Source of the DNA: Sphaerodactylus townsendi
Taxonomy: Eukaryota
Direction: 5' to 3'
Length of the DNA stretch: 64,000 nucleotides
Assembly (NCBI RefSeq): GCF_021028975.2
Contig: NC_059431.1
Span: 28,272,001 to 28,336,000 of the forward strand
Positions 38,141-51,885 of the stretch are shown here, piece by piece (the stretch's first letter is position 1; every line of letters starts with the position of its first letter). The notes under the pieces are model-generated. The model had not been told where the DNA came from and searched no databases. It worked only from the letters and a program-made list of their open reading frames with translations. A program made the translations under genes and the position numbers.

Positions 38141-41100
38141 TTCTTTCACCTGTTTCTTTTCATGCGTTGGATCATGAGAATTATTTTTAGCAAAGTGAAT
38201 GCTATACATTTATTGATCAGTGTACTGTGAATACAGGATGAAAATAAAATGTGATTGTTATTCTTTCCAGATTTCTCCTTTTCATAGTTACTATTTATAA
38301 GGGAGAAGGATTTTAATACAGTTTTAATGGTTGGCTCAAAGGCGCACAGTGCTGAAAAGATTAAGAACTTCTTCACTGCATGATCAGTAAGACATTTCCT
38401 TGTTTTGACACAGAAAACTGTTCCCATCATGTCTAATTTGAACAATGACTATTTTGCACAGCGCAAAATTAGTGTAGAATGGACAAAAGACGCCAGGCAT
38501 GTGATTGTATGTGCGAGTGCTTGTGGGTGTGTCCCATCCCTTAAAATATAATATCCCTGCTGAATTCCAAGCTTTTGAAATGTAAATGTTTAGCCACCCA
38601 AGGAAGAACAATCCAACCACCTTCCCTTTTTGCCCAACGAAGTTTCTAAAACATAAAAGAACATAGTGTGGGCCTTTAGATAATAGTTATTTAATAAATG
38701 CACCTAGAAGTAGCATAAAAAAGCTATGTTTCTGGCATGGAGTGGGGGGAGATCTGTTGAAAAAATCAACTGTTCGCATGTCTATTTTTTTTCTCCCAGA
38801 ACTGCCACGTCCAAATGACGACGCTTGAGGCTGCCATGAAAAGAACATATAGGAGAGTACATTTAAGAACTTTCAGGTGGTTGCAACAAATAGTGAAGGA
38901 GGTAACACTTTGGTTCCTTGCTTTGCCCTTGAAATAAACCAAGACATGTTTGCATTTAGGAGCACTGGAAGGAGTGACTGATACCAGACTATATGGGTAA
39001 ATACTCCATCTTAAGTGTCTTGAGGCACTAGATGAAAATTGTGTGTAGGATGAAGAAATAAGAACAAGCAATGGTAAGGGGTCTGTAACAGGGAAAGATT
39101 TAAATGGTCTTCACATTTAGATTTGGTAAAAGGCGCACCTACCTTTGGAAGAGAGCAAAAATACAGAGTTGCTTTCTTTATCATGACAGGGATTTTGACT
39201 AGCCAGACTTTTCCCATTACAGCTCGACCATTTAACTGGTACCTCCATAATGCCACCAACGTTCACATTGCCATTGTCATCATTGGTGTTCTTCTTCCTC
39301 CTGAATAGAAAGTCAACAGAAGCCTGAAGTTGTTACATCTGTCCTTGTTGATGCACAATGATTTCTAAAATGTAATTTAAAAAACCACCATAGAACAGTC
39401 TTGTGCCTGCATAATGCTCTGTGATAATCTGAGAACTGTTCCATCAGAGTAAGTTTCATATAATAATAATGCTTTCTGGAGTTCAAATTTTTTTTTATCT
39501 GTTACGCAGCATTTTCTCAAACATCCTTATAATGCCTAAAGAATTAGGCTGGCAGAAGGGGGCAGAGGAGAAAACAGGGAGAATTTGAGAACACATCGGA
39601 TTCAGACTAGGAGCTTCCCAATTCACAGTCTGCTACATTGTACTAGTTCTTATGGTGTATGTTAGAAATTTCAAAAGTGGGCCCTAAGAATAACACAGCC
39701 TTGTTTAGGTTGTGGATTCGTTTGTTCGTTAAACATATAAATGGTAGAACGTGAACAAGTCTTAGGAGCTGCTTCAAAAAATGGAAGGAGTATACATTCC
39801 CTATATCTGATAACATTTTATTTCACCAGATTATATAAGAAATAGCAGTATTTTGGACTTGTATTAAAAAAATCCATGGCAAGTGCAAGCTACTAGCAAT
39901 GATAATTATGAATCAAAGCTGTAATTGAGATTATCTTGTAATTAATATTAGATTTAACGCCATAAGAATATTAAGCAATGTTCACAAGAACACACAGACA
40001 TGGGGATTTCCAGGCTGTAAATGTTCCAGTGGTTTGTTTGATTTCCCCAATGTGTTTCGTACACACTGTAGTTTAAATGTTTCATAACTGGCGTGCTTGA
40101 CCCTGGGCAATCATACCATTTTAACGAAATTGTGCGCAACAGCATAGTTTATTAATACGTGCTGATGATATAGGAAGTATTAATGCAGTGATTTCTATTA
40201 CGGTTGCAGCTTTTCTTTCATTGGTTGGTCAGCTTTTTCATTCCATCTCCCCCATTTCCCCACACACTCTGCAGGCTCTTTATACCATGAGGCTTTTGTA
40301 CATGATCCCCAGTGTGGTTTTCTTTAGCAGTCAAAGGGAACCATTCCTCCCTTTTTTAGCAGGAGAAAAGTTGGCTGGATCCACTGGCAAAAATGTTGTG
40401 AGAAGGAAGCACGAAACTCTTCCTTCCCCGTCACAGCATTTGAAATCACATGGGTCAATAAGTATATTTTTAAAGGTTTTTAAAGACTTATCCCTGATCT
40501 AATGCTTGACTACAAGTCCAGCCAGGCACCCTTGTCCTGACACGTGTCAAATGTAACACGCTTTGGCCCTTGTACTACAACAGCTTTGCAAACAAGTGTG
40601 GTATGAAAAAGAAAGAGATATTGCAAATATCAATTGCTTTGGACAGCGCAATTTCTCTAAAATATGTTTCTTTTCTCAGTTCCTTAAGTCTGGTGAAATA
40701 GCTTTCCTGTACATTTGCCCATACATTTGAGGAAAACCAGATTCCTAATAGTATTAAGATACATAGTCCAGTTCTATTATTAAGATCCAATTCAATTTTC
40801 CCTTTGTGTGTAGCTGTTATATCCTGGAAGAAAAGTAAATAGAAAATGAGGTGAACTTTGCTTTTTATTTAATAACTGCATGCATACCAGAGGTTGCAAT
40901 TTAAACTTCAGTGCTTTGATTAAGTATGCATCCATTGTTGGAAGCGCATTCATAAACTTTCTGGGCTTATGTGGTAACTGCTGACTGAAAACAGTGTAAC
41001 AATCCAGTATAGGTGAGTCTCAAGTACAGTAAACAAGTTAATCTTGGCTGAATCTCAGTTTTAGGGCTGTAACCTGATTTTTTCTAATTCTTTATTTAAA

Positions 41101-41614
41101 CAGCTGTATATCGTTTAATAAATTGAAAGGCCTTTTTTTGCCACAGCACTTTCTATTAGCAGGCTAAATCTACAATTGCCACAAAGGATTATCCTTTATA
41201 TAACCACTGACTGATCAGGACAGCCTAGCGTTGCACAGTTACCCCGTTGGTGCACAAAATCACTGTAATGAAGGACACTTGGACAGCCACATTGAACTAA
41301 TATTCACACAAATGGAGGATAGCCGCTGCAAGACAAACTAAACATGATGCTCACCTGCATGTAGTTTTTCCCCTGACACTTAAAAAAAACCCCACTTCTA
41401 TTTATTTAAATACTAGCAGTAGAGCCCACTGTAGGGTAAGAATTACAGTGAGCCTAGCTAGGGTGGGGGGTGAAGGTAGATAGGGCCCAGGATGGCTTGC
41501 TGGGGGTGAGGGGACGGGGCTTTTGGAGTCCCAGAGCAGCAGCGGCAAGGTGCTGCTGCTCCAGGGCACAGATGGAATGTCTGACTACGAACCCTCCACC
41601 AATAAGGACTCACT

Positions 41615-42245
41615 GGTCGATTCTGCACTTAAGTTATCGACCTAAGTTCGAGCTGTGTTCGACCTAAGTGCTCCACACAACCACTGGGATAGACGTGGTT
41701 TTGTACCAGCTTTGCCCCGTGTAACGGTCAAATTTCCGACTCCAGTTGGGAACTACTACTTTTTCAGGGAACCACGCTCAAACTCAAATCGATTCCAGTA
41801 AAGTGCAGAATCTCGCGTGCCAGGAGACCCCCATTCAGCCAATCACAGCTGAGTGTTTTGGGCATGCGTACAGCTGGAGAACCGCTGCGGCAAAAATCGC
41901 GCCTAATTTTTTTCACCTCTTCTTTCTTGCGTTCGAAGCAATGGCTGGTCGCACAAACGGCGCACAATTTCCGCATACCAATGTAAGCGGCCAATCAAAA
42001 AAATGCCACCTTCGTCCCTGCATTCCTGTGGCAGTTTTTTTTATATAACGTGTGTGGGGATAGACGGAACATGACCGTAGAACAGTAGCCAATCGGAACA
42101 GAGCGGCGAAGAGGCACAGGATGATCCCGCCCTCCGAGCTGGGATCAAGCTGGTTGCAGTGGGGAACAACAATGGCTTCGACCTAGGTTAGTACCCTTCT
42201 CAGGGAACTTGGTCGAACCTATTTTACTCATGTGTGGAATCACCC
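41615..42245. mobile_element. CpG-rich non-autonomous DNA transposon (Harbinger-like)
   Basis: GGTCGATTCTGCAC...GTGTGGAATCACCC imperfect TIRs; repeated TCGACCTAAG; internal CCAAT motifs; probable relative at 8940-9610. Confidence 0.55.
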
Positions 42246-43216
42246 ACTGAGTCCTGCTCCCTTATGGGTGGAGGGTTCATCATTGGACATTCCATACCTT
42301 AGTGCTTTATTATTGGCAATATTTATACTCAATTTCTTTTCCCCGTGGGGACCCATAGCAGCTTACAAGTTCATTCTTCTCTCCTTCTAGGGTTGCCAGT
42401 TTTGTGTTGGGGAAGTTCCTGGAGACTTGGGGGTAGGTCCTGGGGAAGGCAGAGTTTGGGGAGGTGGGATTCAGCAGGTTCGCACCACTTCGGCAGAACC
42501 AGTTGTTAAAATGCCTCTTGTAGGGCACTTTGGCACATGCAGAATAATGCACTTTCAATCCTTTCAATACTTCCCATGTACTTTGCAGCTGGATTTTACT
42601 GTGCAAAATAGCAAAATCCACTTGCAAACAATTGTGAAAGTGGATTGAAAGTGCATTATTCTGCATGTGCAAAAGTATACAACCAATTGTTCAATTATTT
42701 AAATCCCACCACCGGAACCAGTTGTTAAATTACTTGAATTCCACCACTGGTCTAATGCCCTAGGGACCACTCTCCAAAGCAGCCGTTTTCTCCAGGGTTA
42801 TCTGGAAATCAGTTGTAATTTCAGGAGATCTCCAACTACCTAGAGGTTGGCAAGCCTCATTTGTAGTCACAAAGGCTGAAACTTTCGGCTGTAGGCTTGC
42901 AAGGGGATGAGATACGCTCCTGAATCCATGATGGAAAAGCAATTTGGGGAGGCTTTATTTCATCGGAAAATGTGATAAGGAAGCCCGCCACCCTTGCCAT
43001 GGGATTATTATGCACAGCAATTTATATGGCTGCATTTGATTCATTGAATAATGCCAAACAATTGAATATGAGGTGCTGTTTGTTCCTTAGTGATAAAGTA
43101 CCTGCATGCAGTCACTGATAGCCAGTTTAGGTTAGGGAAAACCTCCACCTGACAGTCTGTAAAGGCACAGTCAGTCCGCCAATGACTATCCTGAAAAAAA
43201 CCTCAAAGGTCTCACT

Positions 43217-43498
43217 GGCCCTTTCCCCACTCACCGTTTGCTGCACGCTACTCTCGCCAAGTAGCGCGGGGTCCAGCGGCACTCCCCACTACAGGGGCGG
43301 CGACTACGCAGCCACCCCGACTCTGCCACTCTCGCACCCCCTCAGCACGCATCATTTCTGGCGCTGCTCAAAACGACGCCTTTTGATGACCCCGCGCAGA
43401 GCGCAGAGCAGTGGGGAAGCCCGAGGAACACGACCCCCGCACTAAAAAGGTCCTGCACCAGACGAAACCGACGTCATTTTGAAAGTGGGGAAACGGCC
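43217..43498. mobile_element. GC-rich Harbinger-like MITE
   Basis: TIR GGCCCTTTCCCCACT...AGTGGGGAAACGGCC, ACT target duplication. Confidence 0.8.
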
Positions 43499-44436
43499 AC
43501 TGTTAAGGCCTTGACATTCACTTAATGAGCAGCTGAAGAAGTTCACATCTGTAAAAGGGAATATGGCATGTTCAGTCATTTGATGGGGGAGTATATCCAC
43601 ATGTACAAAGAACATGTGCATTACAGAGTAACAGCAATGAAACCAGAGTTCTTGACTCTAAGCATCAAACTCAGTCCAGCCAAAATTAAGCATTTTCAAT
43701 CCCACTGATTTGCATGGAAAAGATTTCAGTGCATGTTTGATTTTTTCCAAGAAAACCGATATGGCTTTCTAAGCATCTAACGTTGCCTCTATTTGTTCAT
43801 TAAGATAGGGCAGGTTTGGATGCAGCACTACTGTGCTCAAAACAGTTAAAAGCTAAAAATAACAGCACAGTATTTGTAAATACCCTTTTGAGCACCTCCA
43901 CTGCGCTTGTCACTGGACTTTACTTTGGCTTGGACCCAGAACCCCAGAAGGAGATGGTGTAAAGTGCTACATTTTCGAAGAACTCTAGATCCATTGGTCA
44001 ACCAAAGATCTACTTATTAGCAAATATTTAATGTAAAATAAATACTTGGCTGGCTGATCCTGATTTTGAGAACACACCTGCTGTGTGATATATTTATAAC
44101 TTTAAAAGGATTTTTTGTTAGGTGTTCGCGTTATGTGAAGAACTTTGAAGGGCGTTCTCCCTAACCATTGCAGAAGACAGCAGAGCAGCACTTGAGGGAC
44201 TTAAACTAATATTACAGTTAGACGCTTAGATGATGTTTTTCTGCCTCGCTGGCTAAGAAGAATGAACTCACCCATGGCACCTTGGGCACACACATTGTCT
44301 CCTTTAAACTGAGAGGCTCCACATACAAAGTAGCTGACGCAGCATGAGGAACTAGTGCTGCTGCTCTGTGGAAGCAAAGATGGGAAAGAGCAAATGGAGC
44401 CCATGCTGTATACCACTACCACCCACAGAAAGCTAG

Positions 44437-44965
44437 TGTAGCCTCTGCTTGTGGGTTCTGTGGGGCAGAACTTGGAATGAGTTTGCAACAACAAATTTTA
44501 AAAACAAAATGGTTTACTTTCTTAACATATAACATATAACATCAACATTTAACATCACACTTCAAGGTCCTGTTCAGGTTTCACTTCAAGTCCTTCTAGT
44601 TACAGTCTACTGATACTGCCAAGTCCAATTCTTCCTGTAAGTGGGTTGGCTCCTGAAGACTCCAAGGGCTTGGTGAACAGGATTCAACATGGTGAAGGTT
44701 TCCAGGAGAACTCTCACCCATTACAACCACACCAAAAAGAAACCCTGAAACAATAAACTCCAACATTTACAACATAGCAAAAATAAACAACTATCTTCCC
44801 AGTAGTTCCCAACAATATTGCAGTTACCTTAACAAGGTGTTAAGGGCTTATAGAAATCAAGGTCGGAGTCTGGTAGCCTTGTCTCCTCCAAAGAGCTCTG
44901 CAGCCTTCTGCTGCTTTGAGTCTCCACCCCTTTCTGGGTCACCCATTCTGAGCATGGGGGTTACA
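44437..44965 (-). mobile_element. Solo LTR
   Basis: TGTAGCC...GGTTACA termini with 4-bp TSD CTAG on both sides. Confidence 0.7.
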
Positions 44966-45049
44966 CTAGCAGCTACAGCAGGGGTGTCAAACCCATTTGT
45001 TACGAGGGCCAGAGATGACACAAATGTGACTAGGTTGGGCCAGGCCTAG

Positions 45050-45530
45050 GGTGGTGGCTCCCTTGCCAGCCTAGAGCAGCTTGGAGGGGAGAGGGGTTGC
45101 CATAACTTGCCTGATGGGGTGACTACCTTGGCTTGCAGTGAACTCACCAGCTCAGAACAGCACTGTGGGAGGTGGTCAGCACTGGGCAGGGGAGAAGCGT
45201 GCCTCAGCTGGTGAGCTCACAGCAGACTTGCCTGCCCAGATCAGCACTGGGGGAAGTAGTCAATGCTGGTGTGTGTGGCTGCCTTAGCTAGTGAGCTCAC
45301 AGCAGACTTGCCAGCCCAAATTGGCATTGGGTGGGAGGTGGCGTGACTTGCCAAACCAGATTGGGAGAGGGGTGAAGGGGGTGGTGCTGGAAGGAGAGGG
45401 TGCCTGCCTCAGCTGGTGAGCCCACAGCAAGCTCACTAGCCTAGATCAATACGGTGGGGAGGGGGTGGCTGCCTCAGCAGTTGAGTCCACAGCGGGCTTG
45501 CCAGCCCAGATTGGCATGGGGAAGTGTGAC
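45050..45530 (+). repeat. Degenerate GC-rich tandem repeat
   Basis: Recurring GCCTCAGCTGGTGAGCTCACAGCAGACTTGCC..CCCAGAT units downstream of a hAT-like CAGGGGTGTCAAAC end. Confidence 0.55.
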
Positions 45531-48500
45531 TCACCATCACTTGCAGCACAGTCCAGAAGATACATCATTGTGTAGGGAATGGTGCTTTAGCATTTGCTCC
45601 AAACTATCTGGTTTAACCAAAATCTGGGGTGAATGCTACAGCCAATAGCTCAACGTGATGGTGTTACTTCCAGTTCATGCCAACTGGAATTGAATTTTGG
45701 ATTGCACTACTTCAGACTGAAAGGGAAAGAGTTCACAAATGCTCTTCCGGCTAAGTGTGAAGAAAACTAGATGTCAAGGAAAAGAATTCTATCTAGGCTG
45801 AAGTGTTACTTTTCTAAGTACAGAGAAAAATGAAAAGGAAGAACATTCTATGATGTGAATCCACACCTGCAGACTGAAGTGGTATAGTCCGCCTCAGCTT
45901 TTGTCTATGACAGCCAGGCTTCTGTTTTTCACATTTGGTTCTTATACGACCATCTGAGCAAACTTTTTCTGAGCTTATGTGTACTGCGATAGTTCATATT
46001 TTAACACAGAAATTTTATCCATGAGCACAACCAAATGTAGCTTTCACTTCCACTTGAAGTAAAATATGTTGTTTCTCATTTTCTGCTAGTCTCATTCTAA
46101 TACGAGGAAAGGTAATACCAGACACCATTGTTTTTCTGAAGCTGTTATAAGATCTATCCCAATAAATATTATTGCCGGTAACCATGACAATTCAATCCCT
46201 TTCTTAATACTAAAGATTCAGCTGGAGGTAGAGGAAATGGGAAAGTGTATTTTAGAAGCATTTTGTGGTGTTTGCTTTTTATGGCTTGTAATAATCAGCA
46301 ATAGAAGGTCTACTGAGCAATAATCTCATGAGATCTGAAACCAGGGGAGTTTGTGGGAAGAGGGCCACTCCTTACAGGTACTCTAATAGGACTCCTGACC
46401 CTTACCTCAGTATTTGGAACAGAATGTCCCTTTGATGAACCTGAGTTCTTTTTTTTTCAAAAGACAAAATTCTCCCCCTCACTTCTATTTTCTGCTCTGT
46501 GTATTCACTTTAATCTTTGGCACAGCAAATCTGAAATCACGGGGGTGATCAGGAGGCGGTAACCAATTGTTTTGCCCCTGTGACCTCTCATGGACCTGGT
46601 ATGTACTCTATTGATCTGTAGCCCTGAGGACTGAGCAAAAGCCAGTATGTTAATTCTCAATGTATAGTTAATTTCTCTTACAGAAAGTTTTCCTGTCCTG
46701 AAAAGGACCACGTTTATTTCTCAAATTCTTTCACTAGTTTGAAGAACAGCAATTAAGGATTTTAGCTGTCGAGTCAAAACATCCAAACAGACATTGGAAA
46801 TCTTTTCTGTAAAACTAAAGATTATGTTCATGAACACAGGAGCATAATGCAGTCAGTGTTAAGAAATTTGAAGTCCATATATTTAAGCATATATTTGAAC
46901 CCAGCTGAAGCCAATGGAATTCCCGTGTGTTTGACCTTGAGTGGACTGAATGTCTGGTTTTCCTTCTGAGTTTTTGCCAGTAATTATTGTTCTTATCATT
47001 AAACAGTGATGTTCAAAATGTGTGTGTTAAGATTATAATCTGACACTTAGTAAACATTGTTAATTGTGAACCAAAGGGGGGGGGGGTGGCTCCCTACTAA
47101 ACTGAGCAAGTGGATGTAGGCTTTTCCTGACCAAGAATGGTTGAAGAAGGTTTCCCCTTCATTATCTGAGAAGAAAAAATATGACTGCAATTGCAAAATT
47201 ATAAAAGTTTTCATAGAGTGACACAGAGGATATTTTCTCTATCAAAATTTTAAAACTATGTGTTGGTTGACTGAAGGAATTGGTGCAGGTTCAAAACAAA
47301 CAAGAAAGCACAGTGTATAACAGACTTCTCTGTGATACACCTCTAAAGATGCCAGCCACAGATGCAGGTGAAACGTTAGGAACAAGACCTACCAGACCAC
47401 GGCCACACAGCCCAGAAAACCCACAACAACCAAACAAGCAAGCATTTCATGCAACGCATAAGTGACTTACCGTCATATACAGTGATGATGTTCACTAGTT
47501 TGGATGGCTTCATAAAAAGGACTAAATAGATATGCTCCATGAATCTATCAATAGCTACTAACCAGTCTGGTGAAGAATGGAACACGCATGTTCTCAAACT
47601 GTATACCTTGACTATTAGATGCTGTGGTGGACCACTTGTAAGTATTCTAAAGGCATGTGACTGCCCACAGCAGAAGACAGAGAATTTTACTAAAAGAACA
47701 TTTAGTCAATGCTTTTTTCCTTAGAATTATCATTAGAGACATTAGGAGCACCAATGCAGTTGGGTTAGAGTACTGCCAAAAACCTTCATTGGAACAAAGG
47801 TGAGGTATTGTTCTTACAGTCATATGGAAACACACACCCCATTTCCAATGCAGCAACTGCTAAGGCATGCCCTCTCTCCAGCAGAAGTATGGATTCTCTT
47901 TTATGCAAAAGAAAAACTATGCTGTCCCATTCAAACAGAGTTTTATCAGTTGCTTCAAGAATAATTGCTTCACTATTTGAATGGTATAATTCTATAGTTT
48001 TGAATGATGAAGCATTCGGGGAGCCACACTAGCTGAAAAGAGGTGCATAAACAAAATAATATCTCAGTCTACTCTCCTTTATTTCCACCTCAAAGCTCAA
48101 ATGATTTTGGTTGTTACGACTGTACATTTTCAAAACATTCATTCTTCCTCTCACTTTCTGTAACCAGAGCTGGCCTTGTACTCATGGCGTTTTAGGTCTC
48201 AGCTTTAGGTATCCTCTAGGAAATGTCTAGACTCAGAAATAAAGCTGAAAGATATCAATGAAGTGACAGCAGTTTTAGCAGAATGGTAGGTGAGGAAATC
48301 AGGTCAAAGAGTGCCCAAAACATTAAACAGTGGGGATCTAGAGAATAGAAACAAAGCCTTTTACTTTTAATTATGATGACCATCAAACCCTGACTTGGAT
48401 AGTCCAAGCAAGCTTGTTCTCCTCAAATCTTGGAATGTAAGTAGGGCCATCCCTGGGTAGTACTCAGATAGGAGACCACCAAGGTAAATCCAGGGCTGCC

Positions 48501-48995
48501 ACATCTCTTGCCTTGGTAACTCTATGGGGTCATCATAAGTTGGCTCTAACTTGATGGCACTTTATATACTCATCATCAAAATTAATACTGACTATTTCCT
48601 GAAATACCCAGCTGTGTGAATAAACTTGAAGGTATTTACAAATCCTGATTTCCTCAAAGATTTCATTGAAGGGCATGAAGTAAATATTGGAAATAAGTAG
48701 GCATTAGCTAAGAGTTTGAACAGGTGTTTGGTACATGGGAGGCTTGATGGCTGTTCTAGTACACCTATAAATGGCTATGTCACCGCAAACCCCTTCTCTT
48801 CATGACCTCACTAGCTTTGGCCCTCTGTTAAGAATGCCAACGTAAATGACCGCAAATGATCGGCAGTAAGTCAATGTTTAGCAGAAATGTAAAGAACTGC
48901 TTCTGTCACATAAAATCATCTCAAGATGGTTTGCCTTTCCTTCATGGTTGGCAGCATACCCTGGGTTTTTTTTATATATAGACAGAATTCATATA

Positions 48996-49485
48996 CAGTG
49001 GAACCTTGGTTTTCGTTGGTAATCCATCCGAAGAGAATCGATGAAAAATGAAACCGATGAAAACCGAGGCAAACTTTCCCATAGGAATCAATGTAAATCC
49101 AATTAATCTGTTCTAGGCACTCCAAAAAACATACCAAAAATACATTTTTTGGTGAATAAACATAGTGTTTAATGCTGAAAACAGTAACAAACAACAACAC
49201 TAGGACCACCTTCAGAGCCAGTGGACCAATGTCGCACCAGAAAGCTGTCCAAAGAGGTCTGTTTCTGACGCCTCTTTAAGATTTGTCTAAAATGGGTCAA
49301 GACATTGTCATTAAACAAGTTGCAGACACGGCCTGCAACAGCTTTGTCCGGGTGATTTTTCCCCACAGACCCCTGCACCTTATTGCAAATCGATGAAAAC
49401 CGAGGCAAATAGATGAAAACCGAGACAAAATTTTCTCTGAAAAAATAGATGAAAACCGAAACCGATGAAAACCAAGGTTCCACTG
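48996..49485 (-). mobile_element. Tc1/mariner (Tigger-like) deleted DNA transposon
   Basis: TIR CAGTGGAACCTTGGTTTTC at both ends with TA duplication; internal transposase C-terminal remnant FNDNVLTHFRQILKRRQKQTSLDSFL. Confidence 0.9.
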
Positions 49486-49953
49486 TACATGGTCGTGTAG
49501 AGTTTAGAGAATTAGTTTAGTATGTGGAAGACCCAGGTTTGAATCCCAACCCTGCCATGGAAGTTTGCTGAGTGACCTTGTGCCAGTCACACACTCTCAG
49601 CCTAGTCTACCTCACAGGGTTATCACAAGAACAAAATGGAGACAAGGAGGATGTTGTAAGCTGCCTTGGGTTCTTACTGAGGAAAAATGTTATGCATAAA
49701 CAAAGTTAATAAATAAATGTCTATGGGAACAGAAAAACCAATAAGATGCCATTTACTTGCAATCAGCTCAAGGGAAAGCACCAAAGCCAACAATTTCACT
49801 TTCAATTGCAGCTTTATGTGGAACATACAGAGCATTAAAGGCAAACATAAGCTCCAGTTCACATAATCTAATGCCAAAGCTGTGTATCAGAGTAGCACAC
49901 CTGGACTTTGACAGGTTCATAGAGACATCAAGAAAACAAGGCTATTTAACTCA

Positions 49954-49955
<2 letters not shown>

Positions 49956-50028
<73 letters not shown>
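49956..50028. repeat. (TC)n(AC)n compound microsatellite
   Basis: Directly visible. Confidence 0.95.
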
Positions 50029-50029
<1 letters not shown>

Positions 50030-51749
50030 AAGCAACACAGAGAACAGATGCACCATAGTACAAAAGAATGTATGCTAATTTTAGCAGAAGAAAATCCTAA
50101 ATCTGGATATTCAAGCAAAGGGGGGGTTTTTTATTGCTCTGATGATTGGGCGTTGTTGTGGAGGTCTGTTAAGGTATTCTAAGATTTATCCTGATGTCTC
50201 ACAAACATCTGTAGTATCAAATTTGTGAGGTGATCTCGTGGCTCCAAAAGACATTGCCTAACAGCAAGGTGGCGTTTTAATTATTTTAAATTACTGACAT
50301 ATTCTTCTCCGCCAACTCACACACCTATTCCTCTGTACTAGTCTTGCAATCCCAGAAATAACCTTTCCAAGGGAGGTTTGGAACATATTTCAGGAGAACT
50401 TTATATCCTGTGCATGGAACGAGATGATACTGCCCACTGTATTCATACTACACACGCAGCAGTGTGCATCTTCCATGGAAAATGTCTCATCATAATACAA
50501 CATCACAATTTTTATGAATAGCATTTTCCTGAAAATAGCAAAAAAAATAGAAATTCACAAACACCAAGACAACACAAACACCAAAAGAAGAGACTTTCAA
50601 AATTAGCAAAGCTTGGCTACCAATACTTAAAAACACCAAAAGCAAACCCCAAGGGCATGCTAAGTTCATGAACAATGGATTCCACCCAAACACAGGATTT
50701 GAATTCACCAGTACTGCTGCTGCTGCAGGGCATGAAAAGGGGAATCACTCCCTGGACTGATAAGCCCCACCTGCAATACAATACTATCAACCACATCTTT
50801 ACATAACAAGTTCCACCCAAACACTTACTGATTGGTTCCCCACCCTGGGACATGGACAATATATACCCCAAACACTTCCTTCTCTCTGGACACAGTGTGT
50901 AACAGACTTCCCTCTGTGATACACCTCTGAAGATGCCAGCCACAGATGAAGGCGAAATGTTAGGAACAAGATCCACCAGACCACGGCCACACAGCCCGGA
51001 AAACCCACCACAACCAGCAAAAAAAATCAGTTTTTCATATTACTATGTGTCTTTATTATAAAGTGCTGCTGACATCCAGTGTTCTACATCAAATCATAGC
51101 AGAATCATAAATAAGAATCTTCAGTGTTTAAAGAATCAATATTAATTTTATTGTCACCTTCATTTTACCAATTTTTAGCAGAAAATAAAGTCCTGTTCTA
51201 CAATGATTGCACAGCTGTAACATGAGAACATCCCACTTCTATATCAGGCCAGAGAATTGCAATCCCAAATGTAAACCTATAAATTTAGTCCCCATAAAAT
51301 TGTTTCTCCTCCTTGATCAGATTCCAACAATGTTTAACAACTAAAATAAAAACAATTATACCATATACACACACACAAAAACCAACTAGAACATAATTAT
51401 ATATGCAAATGTATAAAAGCCTGGCTTTGTAAACTTTTAGGTAGTGTTAAAACTGTATTTAGCCTCAAATTTAGCCTCAAAAAGGTTCCTGCCTGTGGTC
51501 ACCATCTTTCACCATGCTTTCTCAATAAATACCACTGGATACCAAACACCCCTTAAACAGGTGGCACCTGAACCAGGAAGACTCTCTTCATTCCACAAGT
51601 AAAAATGGAAAAGCAGTGGTGGGATTCAGCAAGTTTGCACCACTTCGGCAGAACCGGTTGTTAAAATGGTGCTTGTAAACAACCAGTTGTTAAATTATTT
51701 GTATCCCACCACTGCGGAAAAGGTCGACAAACCTCAGTTTGTAGACTTG

Positions 51750-51885
51750 GGCTCATTCCGCACATGCAGAATAATGCACTTTCAAACTGCTTTCAGTGCT
51801 ATTTGAAGCTGTGCAGAATAGCAAAATCCACTTACAGTTATGAAAGCGGTTTGAAAACGCATTATTTTGCATGTGCGGAAGGGCC
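51750..51885. mobile_element. Palindromic MITE, same family
   Basis: TIR GGCTCATTCCGCACATGCAGAAT. Confidence 0.75.

Noticed and set aside
45050-45530. Repeat-spacer-like pattern suggestive of a CRISPR array
   Set aside because: Eukaryotic context, degenerate units without unique spacers, no cas genes
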